Positions 1 through 7,615 of a stretch of 64,000 nt of DNA are shown here, piece by piece (within the stretch, counting starts at the first letter, position 1; each line of letters begins with the position of its first letter). The notes under the pieces were generated by a model. That model searched no databases. It saw nothing but the letters and a program-made list of their open reading frames with translations, and had not been told where the DNA came from. Both the position numbers and the translations under genes were made by a program. The stretch comes from an uncultured Gammaproteobacteria bacterium (GTDB lineage Bacteria > Patescibacteriota > Microgenomatia > UBA1406 > HO2-37-13b). Location of the stretch: positions 22,508-86,507 of the forward strand of contig CAYPSA010000002.1 in assembly GCA_964413645.1 (NCBI GenBank). The letters run 5' to 3'.

Positions 1-6
1 GTACAA

Positions 7-438
7 ATGGAAAACTACAAGCAGGGTGTCGTATCAGTTTCGGGTGAGGCATATAAGCATGATGACGCCAAAAGCGGTCTAACGTCATACTACCCAACTC
101 GATCAGATGCAATACGAGATGGCGTACAGGAAAGTCACCTTGAAAAAGTAACACTTGATCAGGATAAGTTTATTGATCTTTCAACATTTACCAAAGACAA
201 TCCTAACCCGCACAATTTTAATGCGATGCAGGAGGCAAAACGAAAGGGTAAAGATATTAACTATGCCTACGTAAATGAGTCAAGCCCACCTCAGAGAGTG
301 CAACAGTTTTTCGAGATGTCACACGCCCGCAATGAAGCGTATGGCATAAAGGGTGTTGTTGTACGGCGTCAAGGAAAAGATAGTAGTGATCATATTATTC
401 GTTTGTACTCACCCAGTACTAAAAACAAAAAATCATGA
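7..438 (+). CDS. hypothetical protein, first visible gene of T4SS-like cluster (possibly 5'-truncated by window edge)
   Basis: 143-aa ORF. No stop between nt 1 and the ATG at 7. Its stop overlaps the next start (ATGA at 435-438). No motif recognised. Confidence 0.4.
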   Translation: MENYKQGVVSVSGEAYKHDDAKSGLTSYYPTRSDAIRDGVQESHLEKVTLDQDKFIDLSTFTKDNPNPHNFNAMQEAKRKGKDINYAYVNESSPPQRVQQFFEMSHARNEAYGIKGVVVRRQGKDSSDHIIRLYSPSTKNKKS

Positions 439-1244
439 GAAGCGTACGTATATATAAGGATGATATTAGAGAACATGTGTTAAGAAGTATATTTTTTACA
501 GATACTGTATTAGCTCTTGCCGGAGCAGGCATTATTGCAGCCGTTGTGTTTGCTATCTTTCACTTTGTACTCCATTTTTTTAGCTGGGGAGCTTTTGGCA
601 CGACCGTTCTTGTTTCAGAAATATTTTTTATCGGCATTATTACACAAAAAATCGACAATCAACCAATCTACAAAATAGTACCACGAGCACTCAAGTTCAA
701 ATCAGGTTCAAAAGAGCATAGGCACAGTGATATCGAACCATACTTTGTTGATTTTCAGATACAAGATAATCTTATCGTGCGAAAAAACGCGATTATAAAG
801 ATGTATGAAGTAGAACCATTTGATATTGCCCTTCTTAACAATCAAGATCGAGAGCATTTCTTTGCCAAACTTAAACAAATGATCCATGTGCTACCTTCAC
901 AAGTTCAATTTATTGTGCGGAAAGAACGAGCTAAGGTTGAAGACTACTCAAAACATTTTTTCTCCCTCTACAACAATGCAAACACCAAACGAGAGTCATT
1001 AATTAGCAATTATATTGATGATCTCTCTGGTCTTGTAACTAATCATTCATTTGTAGCAATGCGTCACTATGCAGTGTTTTCAGTAACTTGCGATACGAAC
1101 AAACCACACGAAAAGGTTAAAGCTATTAAGAAAGTATCAGATTTGGGAATGCGCTTTGCTTCATCTCTTTCTGCATGCAATATTACGGTTCGGCCGCTAG
1201 TTGATGATCAATTGTTACAAGTTGGACAAACCACACTACGATGA
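435..1244 (+). CDS. membrane protein of T4SS-like cluster (two N-terminal TM helices plus soluble domain)
   Basis: 269 aa. Hydrophobic stretches VLALAGAGIIAAVVFAIFHFVL and FGTTVLVSEIFFIGIIT. 4-nt overlaps with both neighbours. Confidence 0.45.
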   Translation: MRSVRIYKDDIREHVLRSIFFTDTVLALAGAGIIAAVVFAIFHFVLHFFSWGAFGTTVLVSEIFFIGIITQKIDNQPIYKIVPRALKFKSGSKEHRHSDIEPYFVDFQIQDNLIVRKNAIIKMYEVEPFDIALLNNQDREHFFAKLKQMIHVLPSQVQFIVRKERAKVEDYSKHFFSLYNNANTKRESLISNYIDDLSGLVTNHSFVAMRHYAVFSVTCDTNKPHEKVKAIKKVSDLGMRFASSLSACNITVRPLVDDQLLQVGQTTLR

Positions 1245-3400
1245 AAACCACTAATAAACGAACAACTAAGGGAAAGGTCATAAAACAACAGTTGGGTCTT
1301 ATGCCTGCACTTGTGAACTTTCAAATGGGGCGAAAACTTCGTGAGGAGGTTAAAACTCTTTCTGATAGTAAGGCAAAGCATACTTTTGAGTTAAATAAAG
1401 TACTGAGAGAATACGAACATTACACAAAGAAAAATAAGGGACTCAAGGACATTGAAAAGCACTTTTTCAATGGTGAGCCAAAGCTACATCAGAGCACCCT
1501 TATATTGGCTCTGAGAGAGGAAATACGACGACTTATGGATATCGTGAATGCACAACAAGAAGTAATTACAGAAAAGCCATTTCTAAGCAATCAATTGCCC
1601 AGTATTCAAAAACCAAAGCAGTCTACAAGTTCTAATCCGTTAAAAGCGTTCAAGCTCGATCGACAATACAAAAAAGAAGTTAAGGCATATGAAGAAACTA
1701 TCCGTAATACAGGAAAGTCAGATTTTCATTTTGTTATTGAAAAAGATGACAATGGAATAGCTGTTGAACGAGACGGAACCAAGGCGTATAAAAGCGAATA
1801 TTTGAAAGAGCACGGTTCTCATTTGCAAGTAGGTGAAAAATATCGACGATTTTATTACCTTGCTGATATTCCAGCTTACTTGAGCCCGTATGTATTTTTT
1901 AGACTCTTAACCTCATCGCTTCCCTTTACTTTAAGTGTTTTTATTCAACCAACTCCAAGCAGTGAGCTACTAAAAAAAGCCCGACAGAGACTCTCTGTTC
2001 TTGAAATGCAACAAAATGATCGAGTAAAGGTTGGTAAAATTCGCGATCAACAAACTGACAAGAACATTGAAGAAGTTATGAGTTTCATTGACGAACTGGT
2101 GCATGAGGCAGAAAAAGGTATTTTGTACTCCTTGTATCTTCAACTCGAAGGTAAGGACGAAGCAGAACTAACGCATCTACAAAAAGAGCTTCAAAATATT
2201 ACTGGAGCTATGGATATTACGTTTAATCAGTATACGTTTGGCCATAAAAAAGCATTTAAGAACTTTTTACCATTCAATATTGATCACGTAAAAGAAAATA
2301 GAATCTTGCAATCAACTGCTGCTTCATATCTTATGCCCTTTGTATCAAAGCAATTAAATGACCCAGAAGGCATATTTATGGGAGTCAATGCATACAACAA
2401 TAGTCTGGTGTTTATTGATCCGTTTACCTCACGAAACAATAACATCAATATCTTGGGAGTTTCAGGATCAGGAAAAAGTGTAACGTCAAAGACGTTGATG
2501 AATAGGCTCTATATGCGAGGTATTCAAATTATTGCCATTGATCCTGAGGGAGAATACGTTAATCTGGCACGCTCACTTGGAGGTGAAGTTATCTCATTCT
2601 CTCGAGAGAATGGAATTAACCCGTTTTATATTAATAGCTCGCAGGAGAATGACATTCTTGATCACATATCCACACTTAAGACGTTTTTCAAATTCTTTAT
2701 TCCAACCCCACACTATGATGGAGCGTTACTTGATGAAAAGCTTATAAAGCTCTATGACTCAGGTTCACCAAACTTTGAAAGTTTACTTGAACTACTGGCA
2801 GGGAGTCCTATGCAAAAGGATCTGAGCGTATTATCTGCCGGAAGTTTGCGAGGGGTATTTAACTCAACGCGTCGACTTGAGCTTGAAAATGATGTCATTG
2901 TCCTTGATCTGCATGATCTTAAAAAGGATGAGAAAAGGGATCCTGCAATTTATCTTTTGACTTCACTCATATGGAATTTGGTGAATAAAAACAATGATAA
3001 AAAGCGAATGCTCTTTATTGATGAGGCACATAAACTCCTTGTTGATCCAGAGGTTGCTGTATTTTATCGAGAATTGGTCAAACAAGCTCGTAAGCGAAAT
3101 GTTGGTGTGGTATCCATCACTCAGGATGTTGAGGACTTTCTCAACAATGAGTATGGCAAAGCTATTATTACCAACTCTGAAACAAAAATACTCTTAAAGC
3201 AGTCATATGCAACCCTTTCAGAAATCGGAACTATTTATCCGATGACCGATGAAGAAAAGCAGCAACTCGGACATCTTGAGATTGGTGAGGTTGTTTTATT
3301 TCGAGAAGGTGAGCATGTACGGCTGAATATATTAGTTTTGCCTCATGAGCAACCCTTAGTATTTACATCACAAACTGAAAGCCATGAAGAAACTAGCTAA
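1241..3400 (+). CDS. VirB4/TrbE-family type IV secretion ATPase
   Basis: 719 aa. Walker A GVSGSGKSVTSK, Walker B MLFIDEAHKLL, then SITQD. The long N-terminal domain before the P-loop is typical of VirB4-type proteins. Confidence 0.8.
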   Translation: MKTTNKRTTKGKVIKQQLGLMPALVNFQMGRKLREEVKTLSDSKAKHTFELNKVLREYEHYTKKNKGLKDIEKHFFNGEPKLHQSTLILALREEIRRLMDIVNAQQEVITEKPFLSNQLPSIQKPKQSTSSNPLKAFKLDRQYKKEVKAYEETIRNTGKSDFHFVIEKDDNGIAVERDGTKAYKSEYLKEHGSHLQVGEKYRRFYYLADIPAYLSPYVFFRLLTSSLPFTLSVFIQPTPSSELLKKARQRLSVLEMQQNDRVKVGKIRDQQTDKNIEEVMSFIDELVHEAEKGILYSLYLQLEGKDEAELTHLQKELQNITGAMDITFNQYTFGHKKAFKNFLPFNIDHVKENRILQSTAASYLMPFVSKQLNDPEGIFMGVNAYNNSLVFIDPFTSRNNNINILGVSGSGKSVTSKTLMNRLYMRGIQIIAIDPEGEYVNLARSLGGEVISFSRENGINPFYINSSQENDILDHISTLKTFFKFFIPTPHYDGALLDEKLIKLYDSGSPNFESLLELLAGSPMQKDLSVLSAGSLRGVFNSTRRLELENDVIVLDLHDLKKDEKRDPAIYLLTSLIWNLVNKNNDKKRMLFIDEAHKLLVDPEVAVFYRELVKQARKRNVGVVSITQDVEDFLNNEYGKAIITNSETKILLKQSYATLSEIGTIYPMTDEEKQQLGHLEIGEVVLFREGEHVRLNILVLPHEQPLVFTSQTESHEETS

Positions 3401-4142
3401 TCTTCATGCATTCAAAAATGATCCGTTTGGCTTCATAATTGACACGCTCATTACGATTGTTGTCAATCTTGTTATACCAATTCCACTTGCCGGAAATATT
3501 GTCAGTAGTTTGCGAGGGCCTGCAATTGGATGTTTGATCTCTCTGTTACTTCTTGGGGTATTTATGATTGTAACTATTGGAACAATTATCATGTCGCCTT
3601 TCTTAGTGAGCTCTACATTTCTTCAACAGATAGCCTCAAACCTAACCGTGCCTTCAAATATTGCAGCCGATGATAGTTTTATTGAAACCTCAACTCCTGT
3701 ACAAAATCCCTTTGGAGGATCAGGAATGAGTTACACTGCAATCAATGCCTATTTTCTTGATCCAAACTATTTTTTGCAGTTTGGAAAAATTCATACGGGA
3801 GTCGATCTAGTGCCAACAGATACATATTACAAAAACAGTAAAACATACAAGGAAACGCATCAAGTTGTCATATTTTCAACGATTAATGGAACTGTGACCC
3901 ATTTTATTGATGAGTATGGAGGAGAAACGGTGGAGATCATTAATAGTGAAAACTCACTGCGGGCAATATTTGTTCATTTCAGCAAAGTATTTGTTAATAG
4001 TGGAGACACTATTAAGGCAGGTACTCCCATAGGCATTATGGGAAAGACTGGATTTGCAACTGGAGAGCATCTTCATTATGAAATACGGCTCAAAAACGGT
4101 AATTCATGGTCACTTACAAATCCATTACAATATATACAATAA
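3384..4142 (+). CDS. membrane-anchored M23 (LytM-type) peptidoglycan endopeptidase
   Basis: 252 aa. HTGVDL (HxxxD) and GEHLHYE (HxH) metal-binding motifs in the C-terminal half. Hydrophobic N-terminal segments. Overlaps the ATPase gene by 17 nt. Confidence 0.8.
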   Translation: MKKLANLHAFKNDPFGFIIDTLITIVVNLVIPIPLAGNIVSSLRGPAIGCLISLLLLGVFMIVTIGTIIMSPFLVSSTFLQQIASNLTVPSNIAADDSFIETSTPVQNPFGGSGMSYTAINAYFLDPNYFLQFGKIHTGVDLVPTDTYYKNSKTYKETHQVVIFSTINGTVTHFIDEYGGETVEIINSENSLRAIFVHFSKVFVNSGDTIKAGTPIGIMGKTGFATGEHLHYEIRLKNGNSWSLTNPLQYIQ

Positions 4143-4144
4143 CT

Positions 4145-4915
4145 ATGAAAGACATTGAACTTAATCCCTTAGATAAAAATCAGCGAAAACTACTCCAATG
4201 GGGAGTAGTTTTAATGCTTTTAGTATTTCTTATTGGCTATTTCTTCGCTGTATCGAGAAAAAACACTACTGTCTATCTCGAGAATCAGAATCTGCATGTC
4301 TTTGATGAGTCAATGACATTTTCCTATCCAGATAGATTATCGATGCACTACCCATATCTTCTAGTGGTAAAGCCGGAAAAGCAGATGACGCATGTCTACA
4401 ACCTTGAGTACAAAACAAAAGAAAAAGAGATTCATGAAGTCGTTTTAGATTATCAAAATAGTAAATTATTGACTGTTAGAGGTGCAAGTACATTTATTGA
4501 AGATCAAGACCTAGGTGTTTTGTGCGAAAAAGGAGTAATTAAAAGCGAGTCTGAGGTGCTTTGTGTTGTGAAAATTGACCTAAATAGTATGCAGAACAAG
4601 CTGATTGCTATTGATATCAGATCGATGACTAAGAAAGACTTGTATATATCGAAAAATCTTATAACTGAACTGAGTGTTATTGATGGCAAATATTACTTAG
4701 GTGAAATTGGAATAGATAACCAGAGGAATTTTCTTGTTGTTGACGGTAAACAAATGGCCGCGCCTAATTTAGTAAGTATGATTTATGTGTTACAGGATAA
4801 ACCATACTTTGCTTCATTTAAGAGCGTATTAAATCAGCAAAAGGAGTCCTATTACGAAATAAATGGCTCTAGTGTTATAGAGCAAAAGGGTAGTAAAATT
4901 ACCCTATATAAGTAA
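4145..4915 (+). CDS. hypothetical single-pass membrane protein
   Basis: ORF-track ORF 4106-4915 trimmed to the ATG at 4145, just after the M23 stop. TM segment LLQWGVVLMLLVFLIGYFFAV. Rest looks beta-rich and has no motif. Confidence 0.5.
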   Translation: MKDIELNPLDKNQRKLLQWGVVLMLLVFLIGYFFAVSRKNTTVYLENQNLHVFDESMTFSYPDRLSMHYPYLLVVKPEKQMTHVYNLEYKTKEKEIHEVVLDYQNSKLLTVRGASTFIEDQDLGVLCEKGVIKSESEVLCVVKIDLNSMQNKLIAIDIRSMTKKDLYISKNLITELSVIDGKYYLGEIGIDNQRNFLVVDGKQMAAPNLVSMIYVLQDKPYFASFKSVLNQQKESYYEINGSSVIEQKGSKITLYK

Positions 4916-5035
4916 ATGTTGCACAAATTTCTTGAAAAACTAATTTCACTAGCCAAAAGACTCCGCTACAAAAGACAGGATATTAGCTGGAAAGAAATTA
5001 ATGGTATCATAAAAGAAGATAGGTCGAAAAAATGA
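4916..5035 (+). CDS. possible small ORF (39 aa)
   Basis: Read by eye: MLHKFLEKLISLAKRLRYKRQDISWKEINGIIKEDRSKK. The ATG follows the previous stop directly. Below the ORF-track cutoff; no homology recognisable. Confidence 0.2.
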   Translation: MLHKFLEKLISLAKRLRYKRQDISWKEINGIIKEDRSKK

Positions 5036-5065
5036 GAGTCTATATTAGTTTGGTATACTTTTAAT

Positions 5066-5266
5066 ATGGAGAAGCAAATTCCAAAGGGATTAGGAACAAA
5101 ATTGAAACAAGCTAGAATGAAAGCAAATCTTACTCAAGAAGAGGTTGCTGATAAAGCAGAAGTTTCAGTCAACTATTACGCTCGCATCGAGCGTGGTGAG
5201 GCTATGCCACGATACAACATTGTAAAACAAATCGCAAAAGTTCTGAAAGTTGATCTTCCCTTTTAA
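5066..5266 (+). CDS. XRE-family helix-turn-helix transcriptional regulator
   Basis: 66 aa. LTQEEVADKAEVSVNYYARIERGE is a classic Cro/C1-type HTH. TGgTATACT box at 5051-5059, 6 nt before the ATG. Confidence 0.8.
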   Translation: MEKQIPKGLGTKLKQARMKANLTQEEVADKAEVSVNYYARIERGEAMPRYNIVKQIAKVLKVDLPF

Positions 5267-5433
5267 TTCACCTTTTTTGTATAATAGCCTGTAGAGAAAG
5301 AGTGTTCCTTAGGTGCAAAAGGATCCTTTTCAGGGACATATTCAACCTCATAAGCAACCATAATCTTGCTTATCCAAGGTAAAAAGTGTTCAAAAGAAAG
5401 TGCACCAGGGGCACACAAAATTCGCAACTCCAT
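5263..5433 (-). CDS. possible small ORF (56 aa)
   Basis: Read by eye on the minus strand: MELRILCAPGALSFEHFLPWISKIMVAYEVEYVPEKDPFAPKEHSFSTGYYTKKVN. Convergent with the XRE gene and overlaps it by 4 nt. Below the ORF-track cutoff. Confidence 0.2.
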   Translation of the reverse strand: MELRILCAPGALSFEHFLPWISKIMVAYEVEYVPEKDPFAPKEHSFSTGYYTKKVN

Positions 5434-5594
5434 TTAAATGCGACTTATTCAATGCAGCACGAACATACATACAATAGCCTATCTATAATACTCTAAGCTT
5501 CTTGACAGAGTGAATATTGATCCAATATTTTATTGCTTTAGAACTATTTCAGCACAGTCTTGATTTATTTAATAGATATAGTATACTACTATGT

Positions 5595-5981
5595 ATGAAT
5601 AGATACGATAGATATGCGCAAACCAATCAACTTTTTAGACAAGCACTAATTGATGCTGTAAAAGCTCACGGGCTAAAGGCACTTGCCGCTACTATCGGTC
5701 TTGGTGTATATCAAACATATCAAACTGCAAACTATGAAGCCGCCAATACACCAGAAGTACCTTGTATTACGTCACTAGGAACTCCTATTCCACCCAACCA
5801 ATCTCTTGGACCTGACAAATGTGTGCATGCTTATAAAATTGGCGATACAACAATGAGTTCGGTAATATTCGATGGAACGAGTTTCTGTCTTGAAGCACGT
5901 CCCGGTATTCAAACAGTAAGTGTGGCTCGCGTTGGTGGACACTGTGTTGGCTATGAACCAACTCCAGATGTCAATGAATAA
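5595..5981 (+). CDS. hypothetical protein (four Cys, possible N-terminal hydrophobic segment)
   Basis: ORF-track ORF 5517-5981 starts at TTG; the first in-frame ATG is 5595. TATACT at 5582-5587 lies 7 nt upstream. No motif recognised. Confidence 0.4.
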   Translation: MNRYDRYAQTNQLFRQALIDAVKAHGLKALAATIGLGVYQTYQTANYEAANTPEVPCITSLGTPIPPNQSLGPDKCVHAYKIGDTTMSSVIFDGTSFCLEARPGIQTVSVARVGGHCVGYEPTPDVNE

Positions 5982-6010
5982 GCCCAAATCATCTGCTATA
6001 ATAATCCCTT

Positions 6011-6883
6011 ATGAAAACATACACAAAAAAAGATTTAGGAAAAGGAACGATTGAACTTTTGATTACCTTAGATAAAGATGTCATTAAAAAAGAATTCGAC
6101 GTAACGTTTGATAAAGCCCTTACTGAAGTTGAAGTCGAAGGATTCCGCAAAGGAAAAGCTCCTAAGGATATGGCTTCAAAACAGGTTGATCGAGAAAAGG
6201 TATACGAAAAAGTAATTGGTGCACTAATTCCGGTAGCATACGAAGAGGTTCTTAAAAAAGAATCGTTAACTCCTGCCACACAACCCCACGTTGAGCTCGT
6301 AAACGGCAAAGAAGGCGAAGATTGGGTAATTAAGATTACATTGGCTCTTCGACCCGTGGTAACAGTAGGGGACTACAAAAAAATTGTAAAAGATGTTAAA
6401 GGCGACATGAAAAAAGATGAGATTTGGGTTCCCGGCAAAGATGCAAAACCCGAAGATAAGAATAAAGCAGAAGAAAATAAACGAAAAATGCTAAACACCA
6501 TTCTTGACAGATTGGCTCATGATTCTACCATTGAAATGTCTGATTTAATCATGAAAGACGAAGTAAATCGCCGCTTAACTCAATTACTTGACGACGTAAA
6601 ACAAATCGGCATGACGGTTGAAGAGTATGCACGTTCAAAAAACACCTCGCTTGAAGCTATGAAAGCCCAATTTGAGCATGAAATTGAAGATATGTATAAA
6701 ATCGAGCTAGGACTCGAGAAAATAAGTGATGAAGCTAAAATTACCGTCGAGGAATCTGATTTGGCCGCAATGTTTGGAAACATCACCGATCCAAAAGCTA
6801 AGGAACAGGCACAAAAGAATGCATATTTTTACGCAACGGTCATAAAACGACAAAAAACACTTGACCATCTGCTCGGCCTTTGA
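6011..6883 (+). CDS. tig: trigger factor, short form lacking the PPIase domain
   Basis: 290 aa. N-terminal ribosome-binding signature GFRKGKAP. N- and C-terminal trigger-factor-like regions are joined with no FKBP-type insert. Confidence 0.75.
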   Translation: MKTYTKKDLGKGTIELLITLDKDVIKKEFDVTFDKALTEVEVEGFRKGKAPKDMASKQVDREKVYEKVIGALIPVAYEEVLKKESLTPATQPHVELVNGKEGEDWVIKITLALRPVVTVGDYKKIVKDVKGDMKKDEIWVPGKDAKPEDKNKAEENKRKMLNTILDRLAHDSTIEMSDLIMKDEVNRRLTQLLDDVKQIGMTVEEYARSKNTSLEAMKAQFEHEIEDMYKIELGLEKISDEAKITVEESDLAAMFGNITDPKAKEQAQKNAYFYATVIKRQKTLDHLLGL

Positions 6884-6907
6884 TATCCTTACCTCAAGCG
6901 ACGTGAT

Positions 6908-6936
6908 TTGACGTAGCTAATGTCCTGTAGTATAAT
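6908..6936 (+). promoter_or_regulatory. sigma70-type promoter TTGACG-N17-TATAAT, 8 nt before the ATG at 6945
   Basis: Hexamers read directly: TTGACG 6908-6913, TATAAT 6931-6936. Confidence 0.55.
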
Positions 6937-6944
6937 ATAGGCTT

Positions 6945-7466
6945 ATGAATTTTCCTACGTTGGGAACAAAAAAAACGAAGTTTGTAAAAAATCCGCTTGA
7001 AATAGATACCGCGGCGCGTTCTTATGGCGAACGACGTTCTGCGCCTCCTGCTCCAGAAAACAAACAACCTCGCACTGAATTTACCATATTTAGCCAGATT
7101 CATCATGCTGAGACTGTGGAAAATGCGAAAAAAGTAGACTCATTGCTTGCCCAAGTAAAAGAACAGGTTGATGTTATTCAAAATTACAACAAGTCAATTC
7201 AATCTGAAATTAAGGATATTGAAAAAGTATTAATTACTGGCGTTGCCGAAGGTAATAAAAAAGGATCGTATATTGAAAATATTCTTGAAGTGTTCTTGTT
7301 TGTGTTGCGCAATTTAACATCTAAACTTGGTGAAGCCAAAACGTGGCTATCTGCCATGGAAACTAAAAAAGCAAAACGTGGTAGCGCTTTTGCTGCACGG
7401 TCTAAGAAAAAGGGAACTGCATACTCAATGTCGCAAGAACTTTCAAACGCACGCTCAGTGCAGTAA
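6945..7466 (+). CDS. hypothetical protein
   Basis: 173-aa ORF with a coiled-coil-like, K/E-rich middle. No motif recognised. Confidence 0.5.
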   Translation: MNFPTLGTKKTKFVKNPLEIDTAARSYGERRSAPPAPENKQPRTEFTIFSQIHHAETVENAKKVDSLLAQVKEQVDVIQNYNKSIQSEIKDIEKVLITGVAEGNKKGSYIENILEVFLFVLRNLTSKLGEAKTWLSAMETKKAKRGSAFAARSKKKGTAYSMSQELSNARSVQ

Positions 7467-7489
7467 ATATTTGATATAATAATCCAATC

Positions 7490-7563
7490 GGGCGGTTAGC
7501 TCAGTTGGCTAGAGCGTTGCATTGACATTGCAAAGGTCACAGGTTCAAGTCCTGTACTGCCCA
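7490..7563 (+). tRNA. tRNA-Val (anticodon GAC)
   Basis: Folded by hand. Acceptor GGGCGGT/ACTGCCC, D arm GCTC-AGTTGGCTA-GAGC, anticodon arm TTGCA-TTGACAT-TGCAA, T arm ACAGG-TTCAAGT-CCTGT. CCA not encoded. Confidence 0.9.
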
Positions 7564-7615
7564 CACTCCTCGAACTTGACCCCTTCAGATACTTCCTGTA
7601 CCATTACCTACTACA

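Noticed and set aside
1-7563. T4SS-like block as an island integrated at tRNA-Val
   Set aside because: tig and another gene separate the cluster from the tRNA. The cluster lies on the 5' side of the tRNA, and I saw no direct repeat of the tRNA 3' end. Integration at this tRNA is not supported by the visible sequence.
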